The position numbers and the translations under genes are program-made. A stretch of DNA of 64,000 nt from Gammaproteobacteria bacterium (GTDB lineage Bacteria > Pseudomonadota > Gammaproteobacteria > Pseudomonadales > Pseudomonadaceae), in NCBI GenBank assembly GCA_012728315.1, contig JAAYFI010000026.1:111778-175777 (forward strand), read 5' to 3'. Every line of letters starts with the position of its first letter. Positions within the stretch are counted from its first letter, which is position 1. The notes beneath the pieces were generated by a model, which ran no database searches, had not been told where the DNA came from, and saw nothing but the letters and a program-made list of their open reading frames with translations. Positions 1 through 11,253 of this stretch are shown here, piece after piece.

Positions 1-129
1 GATTATGATGAGACTTTACGTCCAGAACTGCGCAAAGCTGGCTTTGTTACGCGTGATGCGCGTGCAGTTGAGCGTAAGAAAGTGGGTCTGCGTAAAGCAC
101 GTAAGCGTCCTCAGTACTCTAAGCGCTGA
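1..129 (+). CDS. rpsI: 30S ribosomal protein S9, 3' end (partial)
   Basis: Frame 1 reads [42 protein letters not shown]-stop, the conserved S9 C-terminus. Not in the ORF track. Confidence 0.97.
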   Translation, partial: DYDETLRPELRKAGFVTRDARAVERKKVGLRKARKRPQYSKR

Positions 130-145
130 TCGATACTTGCTGCAG

Positions 146-183
146 AAAAACGCCCGTTTCCGCAAGGAATCAGGGCGTTTTTT
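146..183 (+). terminator. Rho-independent terminator after rpsI
   Basis: AAAAACGCCC...GGGCGTTTTTT stem with inner TTCC-GCAA-GGAA hairpin and U tract. Confidence 0.85.
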
Positions 184-270
184 GTATATGCTGTACTCTG
201 CGACAATTTGCCGCTGGCCTGCTGCTGGTGGTTTGGCCTGCTCTTGAGTGAATTGAGCGGTGCGATAAAC

Positions 271-299
271 TTGTCAAGAAGAGACCTTTTCTTTACCAT
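271..299 (+). promoter_or_regulatory. Putative sigma70 promoter of petABC
   Basis: TTGTCA (271-276), 17-nt spacer, TACCAT (294-299). Confidence 0.55.
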
Positions 300-381
300 T
301 TGTTACATTCAAGAATGTAAGTAGCTTTTTTCTTATTACAAGGCCTGACAACAGGCTACATAGCTGATGGGAGACGACTTA

Positions 382-975
382 ATGAGCAATGACGGCGTGA
401 ATTCGGGCCGACGTCGCTTTCTAGTGGCAGCCACCTCTGTGGTGGGTGCGGCTGGAGCGGCAGGGGCTGCGATCCCGTTTCTGGGGTCTTGGGCCCCCAG
501 TGCTAGGGCGAAAGCCGCGGGAGCACCGGTGCGAGTCAATATAAGTAAGGTTGAGCCAGGCCAGCAGATTGTTGCTGAGTGGCGTGGTCAGCCCGTATTT
601 GTTTTGCACCGTACACCAGAGATTATGGAAGGGCTGAAGAAGATCGAAGCCCAGCTGGCGGACCCTGAATCTAAAGAGTCAGTTCAGCCGAGTTATGTCG
701 GTTCAGCAGATCGCTCTATCAAGCCAGAGCTGCTTATTGTTCTAGGTTTGTGTACCCATTTAGGGTGCTCACCAACCTTTAGACCAGAAGTGGCACCAGC
801 GGACTTAGGGCCTGAATGGGTCGGTGGTTACTTCTGTGCGTGTCATGGCTCGCGCTATGATCTCGCAGGCCGTGTATATAAAGCTCAGCCAGCACCACTG
901 AATTTGCCGGTTCCTCCGCATTCCTACGAAACGGATGATATCGTCATTATTGGTGTCGATGAGGAGACCGCATAA
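382..975 (+). CDS. petA: Ubiquinol-cytochrome c reductase Rieske iron-sulfur subunit
   Basis: Tat motif GRRRFL; Rieske boxes CTHLGC and CACHGS; ATG 382 follows GGGAGA. Confidence 0.97.
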   Translation: MSNDGVNSGRRRFLVAATSVVGAAGAAGAAIPFLGSWAPSARAKAAGAPVRVNISKVEPGQQIVAEWRGQPVFVLHRTPEIMEGLKKIEAQLADPESKESVQPSYVGSADRSIKPELLIVLGLCTHLGCSPTFRPEVAPADLGPEWVGGYFCACHGSRYDLAGRVYKAQPAPLNLPVPPHSYETDDIVIIGVDEETA

Positions 976-2186
976 TGAGCAAGTTTATGGAATGGGTAGA
1001 TGCGCGCTTTCCAGCCACAAAAATGTGGGAAGACCATTTATCCAAGTATTACGCACCTAAAAACTTTAACTTTTACTACTTCTTCGGCTCACTTGCGCTG
1101 CTAGTTCTAGTAAATCAGTTGTTAACCGGTATTTGGTTAACGATGAGCTACGAGCCTTCAGCAGAAGGTGCCTTTGCATCTGTTGAATACATTATGCGTG
1201 ATGTGGAATACGGTTGGATTCTACGTTACTTGCACTCTACGGGTGCGTCAGCATTCTTTATTGTTGTCTACATGCATATGTTCCGTGGCTTGCTCTACGG
1301 CTCTTACCAGAAGCCGCGTGAGTTGGTCTGGGTCTTCGGTATGCTAATTTACTTAGCGCTGATGGCTGAAGCCTTCATGGGCTACTTGCTGCCATGGGGT
1401 CAGATGTCATATTGGGGTGCACAGGTGATTATTTCACTGTTCGGTGCGATTCCTGTGATTGGCGCTGATCTGACTGAGTGGATTCGTGGTGACTATCTGA
1501 TTTCAGGTATCACACTAAACCGCTTCTTTGCCTTGCACGTTGTTGCTGTACCTATTGTTCTGTTGGCGCTGGTTGTTTTACACATTTTAGCGCTGCACGA
1601 AGTCGGTTCTAACAACCCAGATGGCGTTGATATCAAAAAGCTGAAAGATGAAAACGGTGTGCCTTTAGATGGTATTCCTTTCCATCCGTACTACACGGTA
1701 AAAGATATCGTTGGTGTTGTCGTATTCTTATTTGTGTTCTGCTTTGTGGTGTTCTTCTTCCCTGAGATGGGTGGATACTTCCTCGAGAAGCCTAACTTTG
1801 AACAAGCTAACGCACTGAAAACACCTCTGCATATTGCCCCTGTTTGGTACTTCACCCCGTTCTACGCTATTTTGCGTGCAGTACCTGATAAGTTGATGGG
1901 TGTTGTGGCAATGGGTGGTGCGATTGCCGTGTTGTTCGTATTGCCTTGGTTGGATCGTAGTCCAGTCAAATCAATGCGCTACAAAGGCTGGATGAGCAAA
2001 ATTTGGTTGTTGGTGTTCTGCATCAGCTTTGTGATTCTAGGTGTGTTAGGTGTATTAGCGCCAACGCCAGAGCGCACGCTGGTTGCACGAATCTGTACTA
2101 TTCTTTACTTCGCTTACTTTATTCTGATGCCTTTCTACACCAGAATGGAGAAGACTAAACCGGTTCCGGAAAGGGTGACTGGCTAA
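975..2186 (+). CDS. petB: Cytochrome b of the bc1 complex
   Basis: Polytopic membrane protein with heme His residues, GYLLPWGQMSYWG and PVWY (PEWY-equivalent) motifs. Confidence 0.97.
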   Translation: MSKFMEWVDARFPATKMWEDHLSKYYAPKNFNFYYFFGSLALLVLVNQLLTGIWLTMSYEPSAEGAFASVEYIMRDVEYGWILRYLHSTGASAFFIVVYMHMFRGLLYGSYQKPRELVWVFGMLIYLALMAEAFMGYLLPWGQMSYWGAQVIISLFGAIPVIGADLTEWIRGDYLISGITLNRFFALHVVAVPIVLLALVVLHILALHEVGSNNPDGVDIKKLKDENGVPLDGIPFHPYYTVKDIVGVVVFLFVFCFVVFFFPEMGGYFLEKPNFEQANALKTPLHIAPVWYFTPFYAILRAVPDKLMGVVAMGGAIAVLFVLPWLDRSPVKSMRYKGWMSKIWLLVFCISFVILGVLGVLAPTPERTLVARICTILYFAYFILMPFYTRMEKTKPVPERVTG

Positions 2187-2965
2187 TGAAAAAGCAAATT
2201 GCTGCATTACTTTTGGCCGCATTACCAGTGTTTGGTTTTGCTGCAGGTGGCGCTTATCCGCTGGATAGCGTTTCAATTGATCTGACTGACAAAGCGGCTA
2301 TGCAAGATGGCGCTAAAACCTTTGTAAACTATTGCATGGGTTGCCATGGAGCAAAATTCCAGCGCTATGAGCGCGTCGCTAATGACTTGGGGATCAGTGA
2401 GCAACTGATGATGGAAAACTTAGTATTAACTGATGCTAAGTATGGCGACCATATGAAGTCGAGCATGAAAGATGCCGATGCCAAACTCTGGTTTGGGGTT
2501 GCGCCTCCAGATTTAACGTTAGTGGCTCGTGTGCGTGGTGCTGATTGGTTGTACACATATATGCGTACTTTCTATGAAGATCCATCACGTCCTTATGGTG
2601 TGAACAACAAAGTCTTTGATGCTGTTGGTATGCCTAACGTCTTGGTTGGTTTACAAGGACGTCAGGTCATTGGCTGTAAACAAGTGCAGATTGAGGAAAA
2701 CGGTAATAAAGTTTTTGATCCGTTAACGGGTACCCCGGTGACTCAAGAAGCGTGTGATCAGCTGACTGTTGTGCCGAACACAGGTACATTGAGTGAAGCA
2801 GAATTTGACGAGAAAATTAAAAATCTCGTGACATTTCTCGAGTACTCTGCTAATCCTGTTAAGCTAAAGAGTCAGCGTATCGGAACATACGTCTTGTTGT
2901 TCCTTGCCTTCTTCTTTGTATTCGCCTACTTATTGAAGCGTGAATACTGGAAAGATGTGCATTGA
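2186..2965 (+). CDS. petC: Cytochrome c1
   Basis: Signal peptide, CMGCH heme motif, PPDL motif, C-terminal membrane anchor. Confidence 0.96.
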   Translation: MKKQIAALLLAALPVFGFAAGGAYPLDSVSIDLTDKAAMQDGAKTFVNYCMGCHGAKFQRYERVANDLGISEQLMMENLVLTDAKYGDHMKSSMKDADAKLWFGVAPPDLTLVARVRGADWLYTYMRTFYEDPSRPYGVNNKVFDAVGMPNVLVGLQGRQVIGCKQVQIEENGNKVFDPLTGTPVTQEACDQLTVVPNTGTLSEAEFDEKIKNLVTFLEYSANPVKLKSQRIGTYVLLFLAFFFVFAYLLKREYWKDVH

Positions 2966-2989
2966 CAGACAAGTCTGTGGTGACCGAGT

Positions 2990-3025
2990 GACGCACGCGC
3001 CCTAATGGGCGCGTGCGTCTTTGTG
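2990..3025 (+). terminator. Terminator-like hairpin after petC
   Basis: Perfect 13-bp stem GACGCACGCGCCC-TAAT-GGGCGCGTGCGTC followed by TTTGTG. Confidence 0.7.
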
Positions 3026-3057
3026 CTTTATGTATATTTATAGTGGAGGAGGGAAGC

Positions 3058-3678
3058 ATGTCTGCCCCCAATAAGTTGGGCTGTTATTCTGATCCTACAT
3101 GCCAATACTCGCACCGTGTGCGTTTGGTTCTGGCGGAGAAGGCAGTAACTGCTGAGATCATGGATGTAATCGATGGCGAATGCCCAGAGTATTTAGCTGA
3201 GGTGAATCCTTACGCTACCGTACCTACTTTGGTTGATCGCGATTTAGCGTTATACGATTCAACTGTCATACTTGAGTATCTGGATGAGCGTTATCCGCAT
3301 CCGCCATTATTGCCGGTATATCCGGTGGCTCGTGCAAATACACGTATGTTGTCCTATCGTGTGCAGCGGGACTGGTGTGCACAGGCCGACTTAATTTTAG
3401 ATAAGAAAACTAAGGAAACGGCACGCACTAAGGCGCGTAAAGAATTACGTGAAAGTTTGACAGGCGTGGCGCCTGTGTTTGCTAGCATGAAATACTTTAT
3501 GAGCGATGAGTTCAGTCTAGTTGATTGCTACTTGTTGCCGCTGCTCTGGCGTCTACCTGCCTTAGGCATTGAGTTACCAAAAGCTGCGCAACCGTTGCTT
3601 GAGTATATGGAGCGCAACTTCGCACGAGAAGCATTTCAAGCCAGCCTATCCGAGGCTGAGCGCTTAATGCGACCTTAA
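3058..3678 (+). CDS. sspA: Stringent starvation protein A
   Basis: GST fold, [11 protein letters not shown] and [16 protein letters not shown]; ATG 3058 after GGAGG. Confidence 0.95.
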   Translation: MSAPNKLGCYSDPTCQYSHRVRLVLAEKAVTAEIMDVIDGECPEYLAEVNPYATVPTLVDRDLALYDSTVILEYLDERYPHPPLLPVYPVARANTRMLSYRVQRDWCAQADLILDKKTKETARTKARKELRESLTGVAPVFASMKYFMSDEFSLVDCYLLPLLWRLPALGIELPKAAQPLLEYMERNFAREAFQASLSEAERLMRP

Positions 3679-3687
3679 AAGGAGCGA

Positions 3688-4176
3688 ATGATGAACTCCA
3701 GTCGTCCTTATATATTGCGTGCACTGCATGAATGGATTGTTGATAATGACTGCACACCGCACATATTGGTTGATGCAAATTATCCTCAAGTAAAGGTGCC
3801 GCCTGGCTATGCCGCTGACGGACAAATAGTCCTTAATACTGCGCCTGCTGCGGTACGTTATTTTGAAATAGACAATCAGGCTGTGAGTTTTGAGGCTCTT
3901 TTTTCAGGTGTGCCATTTTCATTATATGTGCCTATCGCTGCAGTTTTAGCGATATATGCCCGAGAAAATGGCCAAGGTATGTTCTTTGATGCTCAGTCGG
4001 ATAGGTTGGGTGATGATGAGCAGCCATTGCTAGAGGATGCTGCTATAAGTAGCGAATCGCCTGCTCTACATGCAGTAGATACTGCGGATACTGCGAGCGA
4101 AGATCCTGTGGATTCCGGTGATGAGCCACCAAAGCCTCCTTCACCGGGTCGTCCAAGTTTACGTATTATTAAATAG
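3688..4176 (+). CDS. sspB: ClpXP adaptor SspB
   Basis: SSRPYILRALHEWIVDN N-terminus and C-terminal RPSLRIIK ClpX-binding tail. Confidence 0.95.
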   Translation: MMNSSRPYILRALHEWIVDNDCTPHILVDANYPQVKVPPGYAADGQIVLNTAPAAVRYFEIDNQAVSFEALFSGVPFSLYVPIAAVLAIYARENGQGMFFDAQSDRLGDDEQPLLEDAAISSESPALHAVDTADTASEDPVDSGDEPPKPPSPGRPSLRIIK

Positions 4177-4273
4177 TAGGAGTCTTGTGGTACTGATTGC
4201 CACCCGTGTAGATGCGGCAATCAGTACTGCAAAGATCTATTAAAGCGCCACGACTTATCTGTGCAATGCAGAT

Positions 4274-5775
<1,502 letters not shown>

Positions 5776-5783
<8 letters not shown>

Positions 5784-7584
5784 CCTGTGCTTCTCTGAGT
5801 TGTTCAATCTTACCGTTGCTGAATTGTGTCCAATATAAGGTGCGCTCAACACGTTGCTCGGGATTAATTTTTAGAATACCGGTTAATCCAGCCGCACTGC
5901 TGTTTGGTAATGCGCGCAGTTGTTGGAGCTGGCTGGCTAATTGATAGGCATCAGCGCCCATAGCATAAAAACGTCCCATGCTGCCTAAGGCTTGTGGCCA
6001 GTTATAGGTGATGTGCTGGCGAGTTGCGTCGTTGGCCTCAATAAACCAAGGCATTTCGCTAAACTGCAAGCCGTTCAGCTCAGGATAAACTTCACCAGGA
6101 CCTGGGTTGATCGCCGAGGTTGCATAAATAGGTACATCGCCTGCGTACTGGAAGGCCAGTGTTGGTTTGATTTGGCGGGCTTGCTGCGGGCTTGCCGCTA
6201 AGAAAATAAAATCAATATCTTGACGGCGAGTAGGCTGCGCTGCGACTTTTGTTTCCAGTGTTTGCTCAAGTTGTTTGGCGCGCTGTTCACTGTCACGCAG
6301 CTGAAAGAGATCGGCGATTTGCCCGGCTAATTCTGCTGGGCGGTCGAGATGTTTGGCGGCTATCAGTTCACCGCCTAGGGATGTCCAGTACTCGGTGAAG
6401 GCGGCGAGGATGCGATCGCCCCATGCATTTTGTGGCACTAAAGCCGCCGCACGCCGCATGCCATCAGCCCATGCACGATCAGCCGCCAGTCGAGCCTCGT
6501 CTTCAGCGGCTAAGCCATATTGGAAGAGCTGCTGCGGCCCATGCTGATGACTGTCGGCATAGTTTAACGCCAAGGTTGTAATCGGTAATTGTGAGCGGCT
6601 GGCCAGTTGGCGCACCAATGGTTTTTCCCAAGGGCCAACCACCAGCTCTACGCCATCAGCTACGGCTTGTGTATAAAAAGCATCCATATTGGCAATAGTG
6701 CTGCTGTCATACACCTTGATGACTGGGGTGGCTTGTCCGCTTGATTGAGCGATGTAATGTGCGGCAAAAAAACCATTGCGCAGCGCTGTGACCACATTTT
6801 GGTTCGGGTCTTGTGAAGGTAACAGTAGAGCGAGGGTTTTAATGTTTTTCGCTTGCAGTTGCTGTAATTGCTGTAGCGCTTCAGGTAATTGCTTGCTGGC
6901 TGGGTGTTGTGGGTTTTGCTCTACCCATTGCTTGATATTGGCTTGTTGTTGTTCCAGTGAGCTACTGGCCTTAGTGATGCGCACTAAAGCTAGCCAGCCG
7001 TCTAAGTCGGTTTCACCGGTGTCTTTAAGTTGTGTGCGCGGCAGAGCGCTTAATAGCTCCCAAACCTTTTGGTGGTTGTCCGAAGCCGCTTGGCCTTCTA
7101 GCATTGGCGCTATAAAAATACGTTCACGTGCAGCGGCTAACGGCTTGCCACTGTCTTGTAATGCTTGCGCGCGTACCAGTTGGGTGCGAGCTTGTTGATT
7201 AAGCGGCATTTCACCAAGGTGAGCAAAGCTGGCATGGCTCAGTGCTTTCAATGCGCTATTGGCTTGTTTACGTGCTACGGCCATTTCTGCTTCAAGTGTT
7301 TTGGCAAAAATCATTTGGGCAGGCGTGGCTTGGCTTAGATCAATGCCTTCTAAAATCTCACGAGCGCGCAAGCTTTGCTTTTGTTGCCATGCAAGATCTG
7401 CAGCTGATAGATATAAGCCAACAGCTTGGCTGTCACTCTTTTTGCTGGCCTGAAGTAGCAGTTTGTCTAAGTCGTCATATTTAGTCGAGGGCAGCTGTCC
7501 TACGGTAGTGCTGGGCGAGCTGGAGCAGGCCACTAAAAAGGCTGACAAGCAGAGCGTTGAAAGTAGGCGTAACGGAGTTTTCAT
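5776..7584 (-). CDS. lpoA: Penicillin-binding protein activator LpoA (LppC family lipoprotein)
   Basis: Lipobox LVAC, TPR-like N-half, RRQDIDFIF and PIYATS motifs. Confidence 0.92.
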
Positions 7585-7708
7585 AGACAAGCAATCCAGG
7601 CGCAATAAAGTGAATATTTAGATTGTACCCAAGCGCGCGCATTGGTGCGATCTTGTCGCGCTAAATCAGGCTACAATGGTGCTTTATTTTGTATTTTCGG
7701 AGTGTTTT

Positions 7709-8584
7709 GTGAGCGCATCCACACCTCAGTCTAACGCGTTCGGCACATTGTATGTGGTTGCTACGCCGATCGGTAATCTTGAAGATATCAGCGCGCGTGC
7801 ATTGCGTATTTTAGCGCAAGTGCAGCTGATTGCCGCTGAAGATACACGGCATTCCACTCGACTGTTGCAGCATTTTGGTATTCGTACACCTTTGGCTGCT
7901 TGCCATGAGCACAATGAGCGCGAGGAGGGGGGACGTTTTATTACGCGTTTATTGGCGGGCGATGATGTGGCACTGATTTCTGATGCCGGCACGCCTTTGA
8001 TTTCTGATCCGGGTTATCACTTAGTGCGCCAAGCGCGTGCCGCAAAGATTCGGGTTGTTCCCGTGCCTGGCGCTTGTGCGTTAATTGCGGCTTTATCCGC
8101 AGCAGGGTTGCCTTCGGATCGTTTTGTTTTTGAAGGTTTTTTGCCGGCTAAAAAAGCTGCACGTTGCGCACGGTTAGAGGCTGTGCAATATGATCCGCGT
8201 ACATTGATTTTTTATGAGGCACCGCACCGCTTACTCGAGAGCATTGCTGATATGCGTGATGTGTTTGGTGCTGATCGGCCGGCGGTTCTTGCCCGAGAAC
8301 TCAGTAAAACCTTTGAGACGATTCATGATTCGCCACTGCAAGAGCTGTATGACTGGGTTGCGGCTGATGCCAATCAGCAGCGGGGTGAGTGTGTGCTGCT
8401 AGTAGCTGGTTATCAAGAGCCTGTTGAGGCTGTAGCAGTAACACCGGAAGCGCAGCGTGTCTTAACCTTGCTGATGGCAGAATTGCCGCCTAAGCGCGCA
8501 GCAGCGATTGCCGCGCAAATTACGGGTGCGCGTAAAAATGCACTCTACCAATGGGCGCTAGACAACAAGCCGGCGGAGCGGTAG
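7709..8584 (+). CDS. rsmI: 16S rRNA C1402 2'-O-methyltransferase
   Basis: LYVVATPIGNL, AAEDTR, SDAGTPLISDPG; GTG 7709 after CGGAG. Confidence 0.96.
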   Translation: MSASTPQSNAFGTLYVVATPIGNLEDISARALRILAQVQLIAAEDTRHSTRLLQHFGIRTPLAACHEHNEREEGGRFITRLLAGDDVALISDAGTPLISDPGYHLVRQARAAKIRVVPVPGACALIAALSAAGLPSDRFVFEGFLPAKKAARCARLEAVQYDPRTLIFYEAPHRLLESIADMRDVFGADRPAVLARELSKTFETIHDSPLQELYDWVAADANQQRGECVLLVAGYQEPVEAVAVTPEAQRVLTLLMAELPPKRAAAIAAQITGARKNALYQWALDNKPAER

Positions 8585-8899
8585 CTGGGCAAAGCGTACC
8601 TGTGCTAAACCATGTTTAAGCAGTTGACGGATATTGGCGTGCTCCGTTTTGTGGGGTGTGGCCAGCACCTCAGTATAGTGCTCGCCAAAAGCTAATAAAG
8701 CATCTTCGCAGCTGAGGTTTTCCAGTAGTGCTAAACCAAGGATTTTGCATGAGCCTTGGTTGCTACCGGCTGGATTGTGCAGTTCTGCATTGTCAAAGGC
8801 GCAAGGTGTGTAGTGATAGTTGGCATCAATAAACGCCAAGGTATCAGCAAAGCGATGCTCGGGCTGTTTGATGGCCTCTAAGAAGTCTGACAGGGTCAT
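8558..8899 (-). CDS. HopJ family protein
   Basis: FADTLAFID, NQGSCKI, LLAFGEHY and HANIR motifs typical of the HopJ family. Confidence 0.82.
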   Translation of the reverse strand: MTLSDFLEAIKQPEHRFADTLAFIDANYHYTPCAFDNAELHNPAGSNQGSCKILGLALLENLSCEDALLAFGEHYTEVLATPHKTEHANIRQLLKHGLAQVRFAQLPLRRLVV

Positions 8900-8902
8900 A
8901 AG

Positions 8903-9280
8903 CTAAGCGGCACGATGCGCGGTTAGGGTAATAGAGACTGACTCAGAAAAACGTAGCGCGTGAGGCTTATCGACTTCGACCTCGGCATAGCGAACTTGTT
9001 CGTGGCGCATCACGCAGTCCAGTACATCTTGGGTTAAACGTTCGAGCAGAGCAAAGCGATTTTCTTCGACGTACTGAATAATCTCTTTAGTGATGGTGCG
9101 GTAATTGAGTGCATGACTGATGTCATTAATTTGCACCGCATCTTCAGCGGGATAGAACAGGGTGACGTTGATTAAAATATCCTGTTTGTTGCGTATCTCA
9201 TCTTCATTGATGCCAATGTAAGTGCGTAAACGCAGATTTTTAATCCGTATCCGCGCCATGCCGGGTTCTAAACGTGCCAT
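8903..9280 (-). CDS. folX: Dihydroneopterin triphosphate 2'-epimerase
   Basis: [24 protein letters not shown]; lies in the folM-folE operon. Confidence 0.92.
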   Translation of the reverse strand: MARLEPGMARIRIKNLRLRTYIGINEDEIRNKQDILINVTLFYPAEDAVQINDISHALNYRTITKEIIQYVEENRFALLERLTQDVLDCVMRHEQVRYAEVEVDKPHALRFSESVSITLTAHRAA

Positions 9281-9283
9281 CGA

Positions 9284-9841
9284 TTAGCGACTCCGAATCA
9301 GTTGTAAGAATTCTTGGCGAGTGGTGCCTGAGTTGCGAAATGCACCCAGCATAGCGGAAGAGGTCATAACTGAGTTTTGCTTTTCCACACCGCGCATCAT
9401 CATGCACATATGTTTAGCTTCAATCACCACGGCTACGCCGGCTGCGCCTGTGACTTCTTGTACAGCATCAGCAATTTGTCGAGTCAGATTTTCTTGGATC
9501 TGTAGACGGCGAGCAAACATGTCAACAATACGGGCTATTTTTGATAAACCAATCACTTTGCCAGTTGGAATATAAGCAACATGCGCTTTGCCAATAAACG
9601 GCAGTAAGTGGTGTTCGCACAGCGAGTACAGTTCGATATCGCGAACGATGACCATTTCCTCGCTATCCGATTCAAATAACGCACCATTAACGATATCTTC
9701 AAGATTTTTTTCATAGCCGTTGCAAAGGTATTGCATTGCTTTGGCAGCACGCTTGGGGGTATCCATTAAGCCTTCGCGCTCAGGGTTCTCGCCAAGACCT
9801 ACTAAAATCTCGCGGTAGTGTTTACTTAAGTCATTACACAT
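9284..9841 (-). CDS. folE: GTP cyclohydrolase I
   Basis: [32 protein letters not shown]. Confidence 0.97.
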   Translation of the reverse strand: MCNDLSKHYREILVGLGENPEREGLMDTPKRAAKAMQYLCNGYEKNLEDIVNGALFESDSEEMVIVRDIELYSLCEHHLLPFIGKAHVAYIPTGKVIGLSKIARIVDMFARRLQIQENLTRQIADAVQEVTGAAGVAVVIEAKHMCMMMRGVEKQNSVMTSSAMLGAFRNSGTTRQEFLQLIRSR

Positions 9842-9863
9842 GATCAGCTCTCCAAGCCAGGCA

Positions 9864-10568
9864 TTATTTTAAATGCCGGCCGCCATTAACAGTAAGGGTT
9901 GTGCCTGTCACATAAGGCGTATCCAATAAGTAACGCAGGCTTTGATAAATAACTTCCGGGCCAGGCACTGTGCCCATTACGGATTTAGCGGTTGCACGAC
10001 GCTGGTAATCTGCATCGTCGTCCGGGTGTAGCATAATTAATGCGGGTGCTATCGAGTTTACTTTAATATGCGGCGCTAAGCGTGCCGCAAAAGAAAGAGT
10101 GAGGTTGTCCAGAGCGGCTTTACTTGCGCTGTAGGCGATGCGTTTAGCGCTGCCTTTACGAGTTACATCGTCAGTCATGTGAATAATATCAGCCTGAGCC
10201 GACTGCATCAGTAAAGGCGTGCAGTGTTCATTGATTAAATAAGGTGCAAGTACATGCACATTCATCATCTGCGAGAAAGCCTGGGCGTCGGCGCCATCTT
10301 CAGCGACCCATAATGAGGCATTATGAATAATTGCACGTAGTGTTGTGGTACGGCTTTTTACCTGCGCAATAAAGTCTAGGATGCCTTGTTCAGTGGAGAA
10401 ATCAGCCTGGAGGCAAGTCACCCCCAGTTCACGCAATTGCGCGACTGCCTCGCGCTCTTGGCGATAACTGATAATAAGCGCTTGTCCTGCCTCAAGAAAA
10501 CGCCGCGCACAATGCAACCCCAAACGTTGGCTGGCACCTGTCAGTAATATGGGCGAGGTTGTGCTCAT
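9864..10568 (-). CDS. folM: Dihydromonapterin reductase (SDR)
   Basis: [12 protein letters not shown], YxxSK; first gene of folM-folE-folX. Confidence 0.9.
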   Translation of the reverse strand: MSTTSPILLTGASQRLGLHCARRFLEAGQALIISYRQEREAVAQLRELGVTCLQADFSTEQGILDFIAQVKSRTTTLRAIIHNASLWVAEDGADAQAFSQMMNVHVLAPYLINEHCTPLLMQSAQADIIHMTDDVTRKGSAKRIAYSASKAALDNLTLSFAARLAPHIKVNSIAPALIMLHPDDDADYQRRATAKSVMGTVPGPEVIYQSLRYLLDTPYVTGTTLTVNGGRHLK

Positions 10569-10786
10569 GGGTACGCCTTAGAGTGGTTCGTTATCTGCAG
10601 CAATCTAGCGTTGTGCGAGTGTGCTGTTAAAGGGGGGTAAAGTTATACTAGAGTTCGATTCTGTACAACCTGCAAAGATTAGGTGTATAGGTTTTATTGC
10701 AGGGGTGTTGATTCTTGATATGATAAAAATCATTTAATATTTTTGAAAGCATCCTGCTTAGTTTCTTGAAAAGGCGATTGCATAGC

Positions 10787-11245
10787 ATGACGATGAATGT
10801 GGTGATTGTGTCTGGCACAGTATTTGGCGCGGCAGAAGAGGTTGCCCATCATGCGGCAGAGGTGTTGACTGAAGCGGGTTTGGATGTCACCTACAAGCCG
10901 CGCTTGGCATACTCCGAATTGTTAGCTTTGCAGCCAGATGTCCTATTGTTTGTGACGTCCACGACTGGGATGGGTGAGTTGCCAGAAAATTTGCAACCCC
11001 TCGTTGAGCGCTTGCGTGAACAGCCGCCGCAGTGGGCGGGATTGCTGGGGGCTGTGATTGCCCTAGGTGATGCCTGCTATGGCGAAGATTTTTGTGCAGG
11101 TGGTGAAGCTATTCGCGAATTGTATAAAGAGCTGGGCGTCGTTGAGCTGCAAGATATGCTGCGCTTGGATGCGAGCGAGACAGTGACACCTGTGGAAGAT
11201 GCAGAACCATGGCTGGCCGATCTCGCTGCGAATTTAACGGTATAG
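10787..11245 (+). CDS. Flavodoxin (MioC-like)
   Basis: [15 protein letters not shown] loop, [14 protein letters not shown]; start may be 10793. Confidence 0.9.
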   Translation: MTMNVVIVSGTVFGAAEEVAHHAAEVLTEAGLDVTYKPRLAYSELLALQPDVLLFVTSTTGMGELPENLQPLVERLREQPPQWAGLLGAVIALGDACYGEDFCAGGEAIRELYKELGVVELQDMLRLDASETVTPVEDAEPWLADLAANLTV

Positions 11246-11253
11246 AGGCGCGC

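Noticed and set aside
5-247. 80-aa ORF in the track
   Set aside because: Wrong frame; frame 1 encodes the rpsI C-terminus and the ORF runs through its terminator.
8558-8899. HopJ as evidence of type III secretion or virulence
   Set aside because: No T3SS genes or hrp box seen; the context is a pterin operon.
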